Assembly (NCBI GenBank): GCA_021792255.1
Contig: JAJYUZ010000002.1
Span: 107,911-171,910, forward strand
Source of the DNA: Thermoplasmata archaeon
Lineage (GTDB): Archaea; Thermoplasmatota; Thermoplasmata; Thermoplasmatales; GCA-001856825
Length of the DNA: 64,000 nucleotides
Direction: 5' to 3'
In this document: positions 40,231 to 49,108 of the stretch, one piece after another
Position numbering within the stretch: the first letter of the stretch is position 1
How the letters are laid out: every line of letters begins with the position of its first letter
Notes under the pieces: generated by a model
Databases searched by the model: none
The model's input: only the letters and a program-made list of their open reading frames with translations
Told to the model about the DNA's origin: nothing
Program-made: the position numbers and the translations under genes

Positions 40231-40758
40231 ATGAAGAGACAGGAAACCACTAAACGAAAAGAAGTGAAGGTTAGGATAACTGGTCTTCCCTCGGATAGGT
40301 GGGAGGACTTTAAGAAGCTGAGATTAGAGAGTCTGAAGTCAGATCCCTTGGCATTCCTGAGCTCGTACGAAGAGGAAGTGGATTTTGAAAAGGAAGTCTG
40401 GCAGGGCAGAATTAAGAATGTAATCTTTGCGGTTGTCAAGAATGAACCGATTGGAATGATGACTTTCATACTGAGGAACAGAAAAAAGAACGATCACGTA
40501 GCAGACATTTTTGCAGTGTATGTAAGCAGGAAGTACAGAGGCATAGGGATAGGAGACAGACTACTCAAAAGGGCCATTCATCTGCTCAAGAAAAATTCCG
40601 ACATCTCTAAGATCTCGCTAGGGGTTTGCGTGGAACAAACGCCTGCCGTAAACCTGTATCTCAAGAACAAGTTCAAGGTAGTAGGAGTTCTAGAAAAAGA
40701 GATGAAAGTCGACGGTAATTTTTACGACGAACTGATAATGGAACGCTCCTTGATGTGA
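40231..40758 (+). CDS. GNAT family N-acetyltransferase
   Basis: LRLESL..DP.AF.SS, VYV...YRG.GIG and A..LY.K..F. Confidence 0.9.
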   Translation: MKRQETTKRKEVKVRITGLPSDRWEDFKKLRLESLKSDPLAFLSSYEEEVDFEKEVWQGRIKNVIFAVVKNEPIGMMTFILRNRKKNDHVADIFAVYVSRKYRGIGIGDRLLKRAIHLLKKNSDISKISLGVCVEQTPAVNLYLKNKFKVVGVLEKEMKVDGNFYDELIMERSLM

Positions 40759-40778
40759 ACAGTGAGGGCCCGTCCAGA

Positions 40779-40862
40779 CGCCGTGGGGGAGATTTGAACT
40801 CCCGACCCCGTAAGGAGACCAGATCTCAAGTCTGGCGCGTTAGGCCGCTTCGCTACCACGGC
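40779..40862 (-). tRNA. tRNA-Ser (anticodon TGA), long variable arm, no intron, CCA not encoded
   Basis: Minus strand folds as GCCGTGG acceptor, CCAGA-CTTGAGA-TCTGG anticodon arm, GGGAG-TTCAAAT-CTCCC T arm, G discriminator. Confidence 0.93.
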
Positions 40863-40900
40863 TCAACCATTAATAACACGGTTGATATAGCTTTTTACGA

Positions 40901-41899
40901 ATGGATTTTCCTGCAGTTTTGAGGAGAATAAAAGAGGACGAACGGTACAAGGCAGCCAAGTCTGTAGCTGTTCAGCTCCCTGAGGGGATGAAGAGGGGTA
41001 TAGGAGATATAACTCGAGAATTGAATGACAAGGAGCTGATATTCATCGGCGATCCCTTTTGGGGGGCATGCGATATACCTCAAGACGTCAAATGGGACTT
41101 GTTGATTCAGTTTGGCCATAGTCCAATTCCCAATCTTGGCTCATTTCCAAACGTCATTTTTGAAGAAATTCAGGACGATATGGATTTTGACGTTGAGCCT
41201 GAGAAGATTCCCTTTAAATCACTCATACTGACTTCCAACGTGACTTACTCGAATCAGCTCCCACGAATAAAGAAGAAGCTCGAAGAATCTGGGATTGCTG
41301 TAACTCTTAGAAGAGGGGATTCAAGGGTATTTTATCCAGGTCAAATCTTGGGATGTAACATTTCGACCGCGAGAGGTATTGAGGAGAACGTCTTCTTCAT
41401 AGGAGAAGGGATATTTCACCCCCTGGGAATCTCACTAGGGTTGCCCGAAAAAAAGGTACTGTCCTTCAACCCGAAAACTGGAGAATACTTGGACATGGAA
41501 AAGGAAAAGAGAAAGTTTCTCAGGCAGAGGTACAACGCTATAGACGAGGCCTCTAGGGCAAAGAAATTTGGTATAATCGTATCGACAAAAATCGGTCAGA
41601 CTAGATACTCGCTTGCTAGAGTTGCGTTTAATCTATTAAGGGAATCGGGCAGATCCCCATTCATGATAACTCTAGATCTTGTCCGGAATGAAGAACTGCT
41701 GAACTTCCCTGCAGACGTGTATGTGAACACAGCATGCCCCAGGGTTACAGTCGAAGATTACGGTACTTTTTCAAGACCAGTTATAACGTTCTACGAGCTT
41801 CAGATGGCGCTCGGACTCAAAGATAAAAGCAGATATATATTTGATGAAATTGTTATGACTGATGAAATTGGCAGTTCTAGTTTCCGGAAACGGAACTAA
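40901..41899 (+). CDS. dph2: 2-(3-amino-3-carboxypropyl)histidine synthase (diphthamide biosynthesis)
   Basis: QLPEG.K, WGACD, GQILGC, G.FHPLG, KIGQ and TACPR. Confidence 0.94.
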   Translation: MDFPAVLRRIKEDERYKAAKSVAVQLPEGMKRGIGDITRELNDKELIFIGDPFWGACDIPQDVKWDLLIQFGHSPIPNLGSFPNVIFEEIQDDMDFDVEPEKIPFKSLILTSNVTYSNQLPRIKKKLEESGIAVTLRRGDSRVFYPGQILGCNISTARGIEENVFFIGEGIFHPLGISLGLPEKKVLSFNPKTGEYLDMEKEKRKFLRQRYNAIDEASRAKKFGIIVSTKIGQTRYSLARVAFNLLRESGRSPFMITLDLVRNEELLNFPADVYVNTACPRVTVEDYGTFSRPVITFYELQMALGLKDKSRYIFDEIVMTDEIGSSSFRKRN

Positions 41900-42449
41900 T
41901 CTCCAATCCATAATCGATGCCATTAAGGAGGGTTACATTTCAGGAGTCAGTATATCGTATGTTGTTTCCAGCAGTCCTGAGGCTTATGCACTGAAGAGAG
42001 CGGAACAAAATGGCATACGCTCCATGACCGTCGAGAAGAAGAGGATGGTTGAATTTCTGAGCCCAATTTTCGAGGAGGTAGACCTAATAGTGCTGGCAGG
42101 CTTTCTTTGGATCATTCCAGAGGTCCTGCTGGGCATTAAGCCCATTATTAATGTCCACCCCTCTCTCCTTCCCCTCTTTGGAGGCAAAGGAATGTATGGA
42201 ACGAAAGTGAGTAAGGCGGTACTGAACAGCGGAATGAGGATCTCAGGATCAACTGTTCACTTGGTAACGAACGACATCGACGGTGGACCTATAATAATGC
42301 AAAGATGCCTGGAGGTGAGGGACGACGACACCCCAGAATCGCTCTTAGATAGAACACATCCGTTGGAACACCAAATCTTAGTGGAAGTTATTAAGCAAAT
42401 GAGCGAAAAGAAATATAAAATAGAAGGGAAAAGAGTGATCTTTCCCTAG
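41862..42449 (+). CDS. purN: Phosphoribosylglycinamide formyltransferase
   Basis: VLVSGNGTNLQSII, LAGF, INVHPSLLP and G.TVHLV...D.GPII.Q. Confidence 0.95.
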   Translation: MKLAVLVSGNGTNLQSIIDAIKEGYISGVSISYVVSSSPEAYALKRAEQNGIRSMTVEKKRMVEFLSPIFEEVDLIVLAGFLWIIPEVLLGIKPIINVHPSLLPLFGGKGMYGTKVSKAVLNSGMRISGSTVHLVTNDIDGGPIIMQRCLEVRDDDTPESLLDRTHPLEHQILVEVIKQMSEKKYKIEGKRVIFP

Positions 42450-42450
42450 T

Positions 42451-44193
42451 TTATGCCAGTTTTCTTCCGACAGATTTCTCGTAGTACGCTATTACCTGTG
42501 CCTTTTCCTGGTCTGAGTACTTCCTGATGAATTTCTCTTCCTTCAGGGTTCTTCCCGTTTTCTCTTCGTAGACTTTTGGTTCCATCGAGAATCTTCTTTG
42601 AGTCGCATCTCTATATAGTTCAGGAATAACGTTAAAAGCGCAGAATGGTACTACCTTTCCGTCAGGCATCGCGTAGTGGATATCGCATCTCTCGACCCTG
42701 TCGACGTCATAGGTGTAAGGATCCATGAAGTGCATGAATCCTACGAACATTGAGTTGTAGTGGAATGCCTTCAGTCCGTGGTAGTCTCCGCCCGTGAACG
42801 CTCCAAATATCATTTCTCTCATCTTGAAACCTTCTGGCGCGTTCTTCTCGTCCACGAATGTGTTGAGCTTCCTCAGAAGCGTTGTGAGTGCTGATGCTTT
42901 TTTGAGTGCTTTGACCCTCGATTCGTTGATGTCCGTAGATAGTTCGTTCAGATATTCGAACAATCCTTCCACATCGATGAACCTGGTGACTGGAATGATC
43001 GATCCATCTGGCTTCTTAAAGATGTACGTACCCATACCGCAGGCGAAGTGGATGCTCAGTCTGTAGGTTGGTTTTCCCTTCAGTGCCTCTACAAAGTTGG
43101 TAACGGCCGTCGTGCTGGGGACTGTGAAGAAATCCTCTCTCCCTATAGCGCCATCGGTCTGTGCTTCTATTTTCTTGATGCAGCCTGGAATAGTGACTCT
43201 CTGTCTCTCCCTAAGCTTGTCGGGCATTCTTCCCACCAGGGAAACTGGTTGGAAGTTGACGCTCCTTACAACATCTAGGTTGGAAAGACCGAACTTTATG
43301 ATGTCTCCAAGTTCTCCATCGTTAACTCCTCCTATCACCGTGGGCACAAGGACCACACCAACGTTGACTTTTCTATAGGTGTTTAGCGCTTCAGGTATTT
43401 CCCAGAAGTTCTTCGGGTTTGATCTTGGCGTCACACCATCGAAGCTTGTGTAGATTACGTTCGATCCGGCATCGCGGCACTTCTGAATGAAATCAGGATC
43501 CTTGGAAGCCCTAATGCTGTTTGTGTTCAGCTGTACGTGCTCATATCCTTCTTCCCTTGCAATCTTTATGATTTCAGGAAGATCGTCCCTCATTGTCGGC
43601 TCTCCTCCAGTCAGCTGGACTGCATTAGCGCCTACGGGCTTCTCGTTTCTCATTCTTCTGAGCATCATCCTAATTTGATCGTGCGTTGGTTCGTAAATCG
43701 GGTCGTTCTCTTTGGCGTAGAAGAAACAATACCAACACGAAAGGTCACATCTATTCGTAAGAACCACGTTTCCAAGACCGGTATGGCTCTTGTGTTTAAC
43801 GCAAAGACCGCAGTGAGTCGGGCAATTAATCTTCTCCGCTGCGAGGCTGATATTAGGGTTTTCGAGCTTGATACCCTTGTCCAACCATTTCTTTGCCTTC
43901 ATGTACATGTCATAATCTTCCCAATACTTTTCCTTGGTAACTCCGTGTTCAGGGCACTCCTTTATCATTTTGACTTCTCCGCCTTCCGCATAAACAAGGG
44001 CGGGTATTTTCATTCTGTCAAATTTGTTCTCGGCTGCGCACTCAGGGCACAGAGATGCAGTTACTCTAATAGCTAACATTCCAGGGTTAATCAAATGACC
44101 AAACTTCTCGTAGACTTCGTCCAAATTTTTCATCTTTGCGTTTGGACTTATTTCGAACTCAGGAGATAGTATGGATTCGAATGCTTGATCCAT
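42451..44193 (-). CDS. tes: Tetraether lipid synthase (radical SAM, GDGT-MAS/Tes family)
   Basis: CPEC...CPEHG, CP..CGLC..H.SHT, TNRCDLSCWYC, QLTGGEPT, NFQPVS..GR, H..CG, MHFMD.Y.YD..RV.RC.IHY...PFC. Confidence 0.9.
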   Translation of the reverse strand: MDQAFESILSPEFEISPNAKMKNLDEVYEKFGHLINPGMLAIRVTASLCPECAAENKFDRMKIPALVYAEGGEVKMIKECPEHGVTKEKYWEDYDMYMKAKKWLDKGIKLENPNISLAAEKINCPTHCGLCVKHKSHTGLGNVVLTNRCDLSCWYCFFYAKENDPIYEPTHDQIRMMLRRMRNEKPVGANAVQLTGGEPTMRDDLPEIIKIAREEGYEHVQLNTNSIRASKDPDFIQKCRDAGSNVIYTSFDGVTPRSNPKNFWEIPEALNTYRKVNVGVVLVPTVIGGVNDGELGDIIKFGLSNLDVVRSVNFQPVSLVGRMPDKLRERQRVTIPGCIKKIEAQTDGAIGREDFFTVPSTTAVTNFVEALKGKPTYRLSIHFACGMGTYIFKKPDGSIIPVTRFIDVEGLFEYLNELSTDINESRVKALKKASALTTLLRKLNTFVDEKNAPEGFKMREMIFGAFTGGDYHGLKAFHYNSMFVGFMHFMDPYTYDVDRVERCDIHYAMPDGKVVPFCAFNVIPELYRDATQRRFSMEPKVYEEKTGRTLKEEKFIRKYSDQEKAQVIAYYEKSVGRKLA

Positions 44194-44517
44194 AGCGCTA
44201 CGAATGGTGACCCTATTAAAGAGCTTTTGTATTTACCGCAACTAAGAAACTCGAGATTGTCTCTCTAGAAGCTAACAATTGAAATATTTATAGTAGCATT
44301 TATTAAATTCATAAGAAATCGGCATTAGGAGCAGAGTGATGTGGTACAGACGCCACTGGTTTGAGTGCTGTACAAGTGCTCAAATTATCAGAGCTTGGAA
44401 TCAGCAATATATAAACAGGGAGCATTTTAGTCAAATCCAAACCTCTCATAAATTAGCTTCAAAAGAAGAAGAATTATAATATAAACACATTGAAATATAA
44501 GATGACAATCTAATGTA

Positions 44518-45468
44518 GTGGAAATAAGGAAAATTCAGAAAACTGGTGGTAGCACATTGGTCGTTTCTCTTCCAAAAGTGTGGTGTCAAAACTTTGATCT
44601 AAAGGTTGGTTCGAAGGTCATGCTCAACTATAACGAAAAGGGAGGGATAATTATGGAACCCTTCGACAGGGCCCAGTCTAACATTACCGCAATAATTGAT
44701 ATCAAGAAAGACTCGGAGATGGAAAACGATCTAAGGATGTTGATATCAAAATACATCCAAGGAGTGAAGAAGATAAACATACGATCAGAGGACAAGAAGG
44801 CGATGGACGATGTAATAAAGCGGTTCTTGGAATTTACGATAGGATTTGAGATAACGGATGAGAAGGGAAATGAGGTGGTCATGGAGGACTTGATCTCGCT
44901 TCCAATGCTCACATTTGACAAGGCAATGAGGAGGATGGTGACCCTAGTGCGGAGCATAGTCACAGAATCAATCAGCGACGAGAAGATTCCACTTGAGTAC
45001 GTGCTGCAGAAGGAGGATGAGGTCGATAAATTTAACATCTACATACAGAGACTCTTCAGTCAGAGTCTAAAAGACTATTCTGTCCTACAACTCAATAAGA
45101 TATCATCATCGGAAGCTCTCGCCTACCTGCTTATATCGAGAATACTAGAAAGAATGGCCGATCACGGTGTGAGAATATACCGTCTTCTTGGTGAAAAGAA
45201 ACTGAACAATACAGACATTAAGAATTATATCAAGGCGGCTACGGAAATAATGGGAAGGTCAATGGAATATTTCTTCAAGAAAGATGTCAGTAGCTCAAAT
45301 GCAGAAATATCTAAGAAAGATTACTTCAAGAGCGAAAGAGAGGTCATTAATCGCTCTCTAAGAGGTACTGTAGATGGCATAATTCTAGCGGAAGTACTTG
45401 AAGATGCAGAGAGGATCGCCCTTTACTCTACCGATATATGCGAACTGGTAATGGACTATTATGAATAA
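44518..45468 (+). CDS. phoU: PhoU-family regulator with N-terminal AbrB domain
   Basis: RKIQ.TGGST..VSLPK.W, EDEVD, ILERMADH and ERIA.Y..DICE. Confidence 0.88.
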   Translation: MEIRKIQKTGGSTLVVSLPKVWCQNFDLKVGSKVMLNYNEKGGIIMEPFDRAQSNITAIIDIKKDSEMENDLRMLISKYIQGVKKINIRSEDKKAMDDVIKRFLEFTIGFEITDEKGNEVVMEDLISLPMLTFDKAMRRMVTLVRSIVTESISDEKIPLEYVLQKEDEVDKFNIYIQRLFSQSLKDYSVLQLNKISSSEALAYLLISRILERMADHGVRIYRLLGEKKLNNTDIKNYIKAATEIMGRSMEYFFKKDVSSSNAEISKKDYFKSEREVINRSLRGTVDGIILAEVLEDAERIALYSTDICELVMDYYE

Positions 45469-45516
45469 TTCTAGGACTTTTTTTTGTTTGATACGAGAAG
45501 AATGGGGTGATAAGTT

Positions 45517-46458
45517 TTGAAGCAAAACACGAGAAGGACTAGAGTGAAGACTGGAACGAATTACATATTTGAGAAAGGGCAATCGGATGCAAGCGAGCTG
45601 AGACGGCTCATCTCAAAGGGAATAGTCGTAGCACCTGGAGTTTTTAACGGGATTAGCGCTCTTGTTGCGGAGAATCACGGATTCAGAGCGTTGTATCTGT
45701 CTGGTTCTGGAATAGCAGGAAGCATGGGGCTCCCCGATCTTTCGCTCACTAGCCTCAACGAGGTAGTGGAGGAAACGAGAAGGATAAAACTGGTGTCAGC
45801 TCTTCCTCTGATTGTGGATGTGGACACAGGATTTGGAGAAGTCTTGAACGTTGAGAGAACGGTGAGGGAAATCGAACGGGCGGGCGCTTCTGCCATACAC
45901 ATGGAAGATCAGATATTACCCAAGAAATGCGGTCATCTGGAAGGAAAGAAGTTGGTAGCCGCTGAGGAGATGATAGAGAAGATTCAGGCGGCTAGTAAAT
46001 CTAGAATGAATAAAGACTTCACGATAATAGCGAGAACGGATGCAAGGAGTGTAGAAGGAATCGATGCTGCAATTGAAAGAGCTAGACTATACCTAAGAGC
46101 GGGAGCTGACGGAATATTTCCGGAAGCACTAGAGTCAAAGGAGGAATTCAAAGAATTCTCGCAGAAAGTCAATGGAATTCTGATGGCAAACATGACAGAA
46201 TATGGAAGAAGTCCTCTACTCTCAGTTGACGAGCTCGAGAAACTTGGCTACAGCATTGTTATTTTTCCCTTAACTGCTTTCAGAGGTGCACTCAAAAAAA
46301 TGGATGAAATCTATTCTAATCTGGCAAAGAATGGAACTCAGAGAAATATGCTAAACGAAATAATGACACGAAAAGATTACTACGAACTGATAAACTACTC
46401 GTCGTATGAGCTCGAGGATAAGAAACTCAAAGAGAAATCTACAAAAATAATGGAGTGA
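45517..46458 (+). CDS. prpB: 2-methylisocitrate lyase (start uncertain)
   Basis: YLSG, GLPDL, DVDTGFG, EDQ..PKKCGH, IARTDA and ANMTE.G.SP. Confidence 0.93.
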   Translation: MKQNTRRTRVKTGTNYIFEKGQSDASELRRLISKGIVVAPGVFNGISALVAENHGFRALYLSGSGIAGSMGLPDLSLTSLNEVVEETRRIKLVSALPLIVDVDTGFGEVLNVERTVREIERAGASAIHMEDQILPKKCGHLEGKKLVAAEEMIEKIQAASKSRMNKDFTIIARTDARSVEGIDAAIERARLYLRAGADGIFPEALESKEEFKEFSQKVNGILMANMTEYGRSPLLSVDELEKLGYSIVIFPLTAFRGALKKMDEIYSNLAKNGTQRNMLNEIMTRKDYYELINYSSYELEDKKLKEKSTKIME

Positions 46459-46469
46459 TTACTCTTTCT

Positions 46470-46541
46470 GGGCCGGTAGATCAGCGGAAGATCGCCTGCT
46501 TCGCAAGCAGGAGGTCTCGGGTTCAAATCCCGACCGGTCCA
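46470..46541 (+). tRNA. tRNA-Ala (anticodon CGC), no intron
   Basis: GGGCCGG/CCGGTCC acceptor with G3:U70, CCTGC-TTCGCAA-GCAGG anticodon arm, GTTCAAATC T loop, A discriminator. Confidence 0.95.
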
Positions 46542-46544
46542 TAG

Positions 46545-46994
46545 CTACGCAATTTTCTTTCCCTTTGAACTAATTTTTGACGCGTTGAGAACAATTGCTT
46601 CTTTAATTAATGCAATTAGAGCGGATACATTCAGGGCGTCCGTTTCATGAAAATCAACGGCACGAACAGTTTTGCTGTCCAGACGTGAGTTAAAGAGTTT
46701 CATTGGATCTGCTATTGTCGCACCTCTTGGAAATGTTAGCCTGACTGCATTCTTGAGTATGTTTGCAATGCAAACTATTCCGTTGCTAGACCAGACGGGG
46801 ACGCCTTCTGGGCAAGAAGGTTTCTTCCACTTCACCTCTTCGACTATTGAAGTATCGACTTTCATTATGACTGTGCGCAGTTGCGATAATTTCTTTCCTC
46901 GCCAATTATTCGCTTCATTGATTATCTCATCTATCTGCCGTGAAGGGGACTTCTCTTCACTTGAAGAATTTGTGCCTTTCGTCATCTTCACCAT
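46545..46994 (-). CDS. DUF1801 (YdhG-like) protein
   Basis: WRG..L..LR..I, EEVKWKKPS...GVPVWS and TF..GA...DP..LFNS.L. Confidence 0.85.
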   Translation of the reverse strand: MVKMTKGTNSSSEEKSPSRQIDEIINEANNWRGKKLSQLRTVIMKVDTSIVEEVKWKKPSCPEGVPVWSSNGIVCIANILKNAVRLTFPRGATIADPMKLFNSRLDSKTVRAVDFHETDALNVSALIALIKEAIVLNASKISSKGKKIA

Positions 46995-47375
46995 TTAACT
47001 CTTATAAGGAGGCCCTTATTATTATATGCACCCTTCGTTGCCATCGACTCTTTTAATGCATCGTCAGCTTGGAGAACAGGGCCTCACTTATCCGAAGGTA
47101 TCTAGATGCGATAACTGCAGTAAATCCAACGACAAGGACAAGTTTGTTTCAATGGCAATGACCCTTCGCGGTCTCTACCTCTGAGGATGTCCTTTCACCA
47201 CGAGTGGAAAGTCTTTTTCCCATTGGTGATCGATGAATACCTTTACGTCAGAAATCTACCGGAGACTGCTGGAGCAGGAGGGACCAAAATGGAATAAGTT
47301 TCGAACGAAATTATGCAAAACAATGCATAGTGTTTCGAAAACGGTAATATTTATTCCCGACAGCAATTGCACATT

Positions 47376-48893
47376 ATGATCATACTCACCGGAAACGACC
47401 TAACTTTGGATCAAGTGATTAGGACAAGTGAGGGAAGAGAAAGAGTTGTCATTTCTAAGGGAGCAATTGATAGAGTCAAGTCAAGCAGAACAGAAGTCGA
47501 AAATTTTGTCAACTCCGGAAGATCAATTTATGGCGTGACCACGGGTTTTGGGGATCTAATAAGCGAAAAAATAAGCGTGGACCAACTTAAGGAACTCCAG
47601 AGGAATCTGATAAGATCGCACGCTTCAGGTTATGGCAAGCCTCTAGACACGCGGACAGTCAGGGCCATGATGCTTGTGAGGGCAAACTCACTCAGCAAGG
47701 GAGTTTCCGGTGTTAGACCGGAATTAATACAATCACTCTTAGACATGCTCAACAAGAACATAATTCCCTACATTCCGGAAAAGGGAAGCGTTGGTTCGTC
47801 AGGAGATCTTTCTCCACTTGCTCATCTTGCGCTGACGTTAATCGGCGAGGGCAGAGTTATCGATAATGGAAAAGTCGTAGACTCACAAAGTGTGTTCGAT
47901 CAAAAAGGCCTTCAACCGGTCACCCTAGAGGCGAAGGAAGGGATCTCTCTCATTAATGGAACTTCTTACATGCTGGCTAACCTTTCGCTTGGGTATGCAG
48001 ATTCCGAGAATCTGCTGAAACACGCAATAATTGCAGCCGGAATGTCGATGCACCTGTTGAGTGCGACAGAAAAGGCACTCAACTGCGGACTATTCTATGC
48101 TAGGCCTCACACGGAGCACGGAACGGTCGCCATGGCTCTTAAATCCGTAGTTCAAGGAAGCGAGAGAGTGAGAAAAGGAACAGAAACGAAGATGCAGGAT
48201 GCGTATTCACTTAGGTGCGTACCGACGGTTCTGGGCTCCGTATTACAGACTATGAACTACGTGAAAGCCATAGTCAACACGGAACTCAACTCTGCGACCG
48301 ATAACCCGCTAGTTCTTCCGGAGGTTGTCTCCGGTTGCAACTTCCACGGTGAACCTCTGGCACTAGCAGCGGACTATCTTTCAATTGCATTGACAGACTT
48401 GGGCAACATTTCCGAAAGGAGAACTTTCAGAATTCTTGATAAGTCTCTTTCGGGACTTGGTCCTTTTCTGGCAGACAAGCCCGGGGTCGAATCCGGTCTG
48501 ATGATCCCACAGTATGTAGCTGCTGCTCTATGCAATGAGAACAAAGTATTGGCATATCCATCTTCTGCCGACAACATTCCGACTTCCGCGAACCAGGAAG
48601 ACCACAACTCTATGGGAGGGACTGCAACGAGGAAGCTAAGAGAAATCGCGTACAACGTGAAAGGAATAGTCGCGATAGAAATGCTAGTTTCTTATAAGGG
48701 AATGGAAATGTACGGAGTTTCAGGGAAGCACCTTAACACGGCTTATTCGATCTTAAATGAAACCATAGGAGAATTTAGGGGGGATAAAGAATCAACGACT
48801 GCAATTGAGAAAATCTCCAAACTGATAGATTCCAGAAAAATGCTAGATGAGATTCCGGTCAGACTGGATAGGTCTGTCGCCTCTTCTTCCTAG
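47376..48893 (+). CDS. hutH: Histidine ammonia-lyase
   Basis: YGVTTGFG, LIRSHA, GSVGSSGDL.PLAH, KEG.SLINGT, QDAYSLRC, NFHG and SANQEDHNSMG. Confidence 0.93.
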   Translation: MIILTGNDLTLDQVIRTSEGRERVVISKGAIDRVKSSRTEVENFVNSGRSIYGVTTGFGDLISEKISVDQLKELQRNLIRSHASGYGKPLDTRTVRAMMLVRANSLSKGVSGVRPELIQSLLDMLNKNIIPYIPEKGSVGSSGDLSPLAHLALTLIGEGRVIDNGKVVDSQSVFDQKGLQPVTLEAKEGISLINGTSYMLANLSLGYADSENLLKHAIIAAGMSMHLLSATEKALNCGLFYARPHTEHGTVAMALKSVVQGSERVRKGTETKMQDAYSLRCVPTVLGSVLQTMNYVKAIVNTELNSATDNPLVLPEVVSGCNFHGEPLALAADYLSIALTDLGNISERRTFRILDKSLSGLGPFLADKPGVESGLMIPQYVAAALCNENKVLAYPSSADNIPTSANQEDHNSMGGTATRKLREIAYNVKGIVAIEMLVSYKGMEMYGVSGKHLNTAYSILNETIGEFRGDKESTTAIEKISKLIDSRKMLDEIPVRLDRSVASSS

Positions 48894-49044
48894 AACAGAT
48901 AGCAAACTCATCGCCGTCGAAGAAAACTTCCCTTTCTGGATACTGTCTTCGTACTTCTTCGACCATGTCTAGAATCTCCTTTACGGTGAGATTAGTATTT
49001 CTCCCTATTTTCCTATGAACGATCTTGTCTTCAAGGGAGTCCAT
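48859..49044 (-). CDS. Small hypothetical protein (61 aa)
   Basis: ATG start with TTTTATAA upstream on the minus strand; protein-like composition (YPEREVFFDGDEFAICSR). Confidence 0.6.
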   Translation of the reverse strand: MDSLEDKIVHRKIGRNTNLTVKEILDMVEEVRRQYPEREVFFDGDEFAICSRKKRRQTYPV

Positions 49045-49108
49045 CTATGCTTCGTTATTCATTGGTTATTATAAAAGTTTCTTTAATTTCTCTCGTTTCG
49101 CTGCCAAA

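Noticed and set aside
40779-40862. tRNA with TGA in the anticodon loop as a suppressor or Sec tRNA
   Set aside because: Anticodon TGA reads UCA (Ser); a UGA-decoding tRNA would have anticodon TCA.
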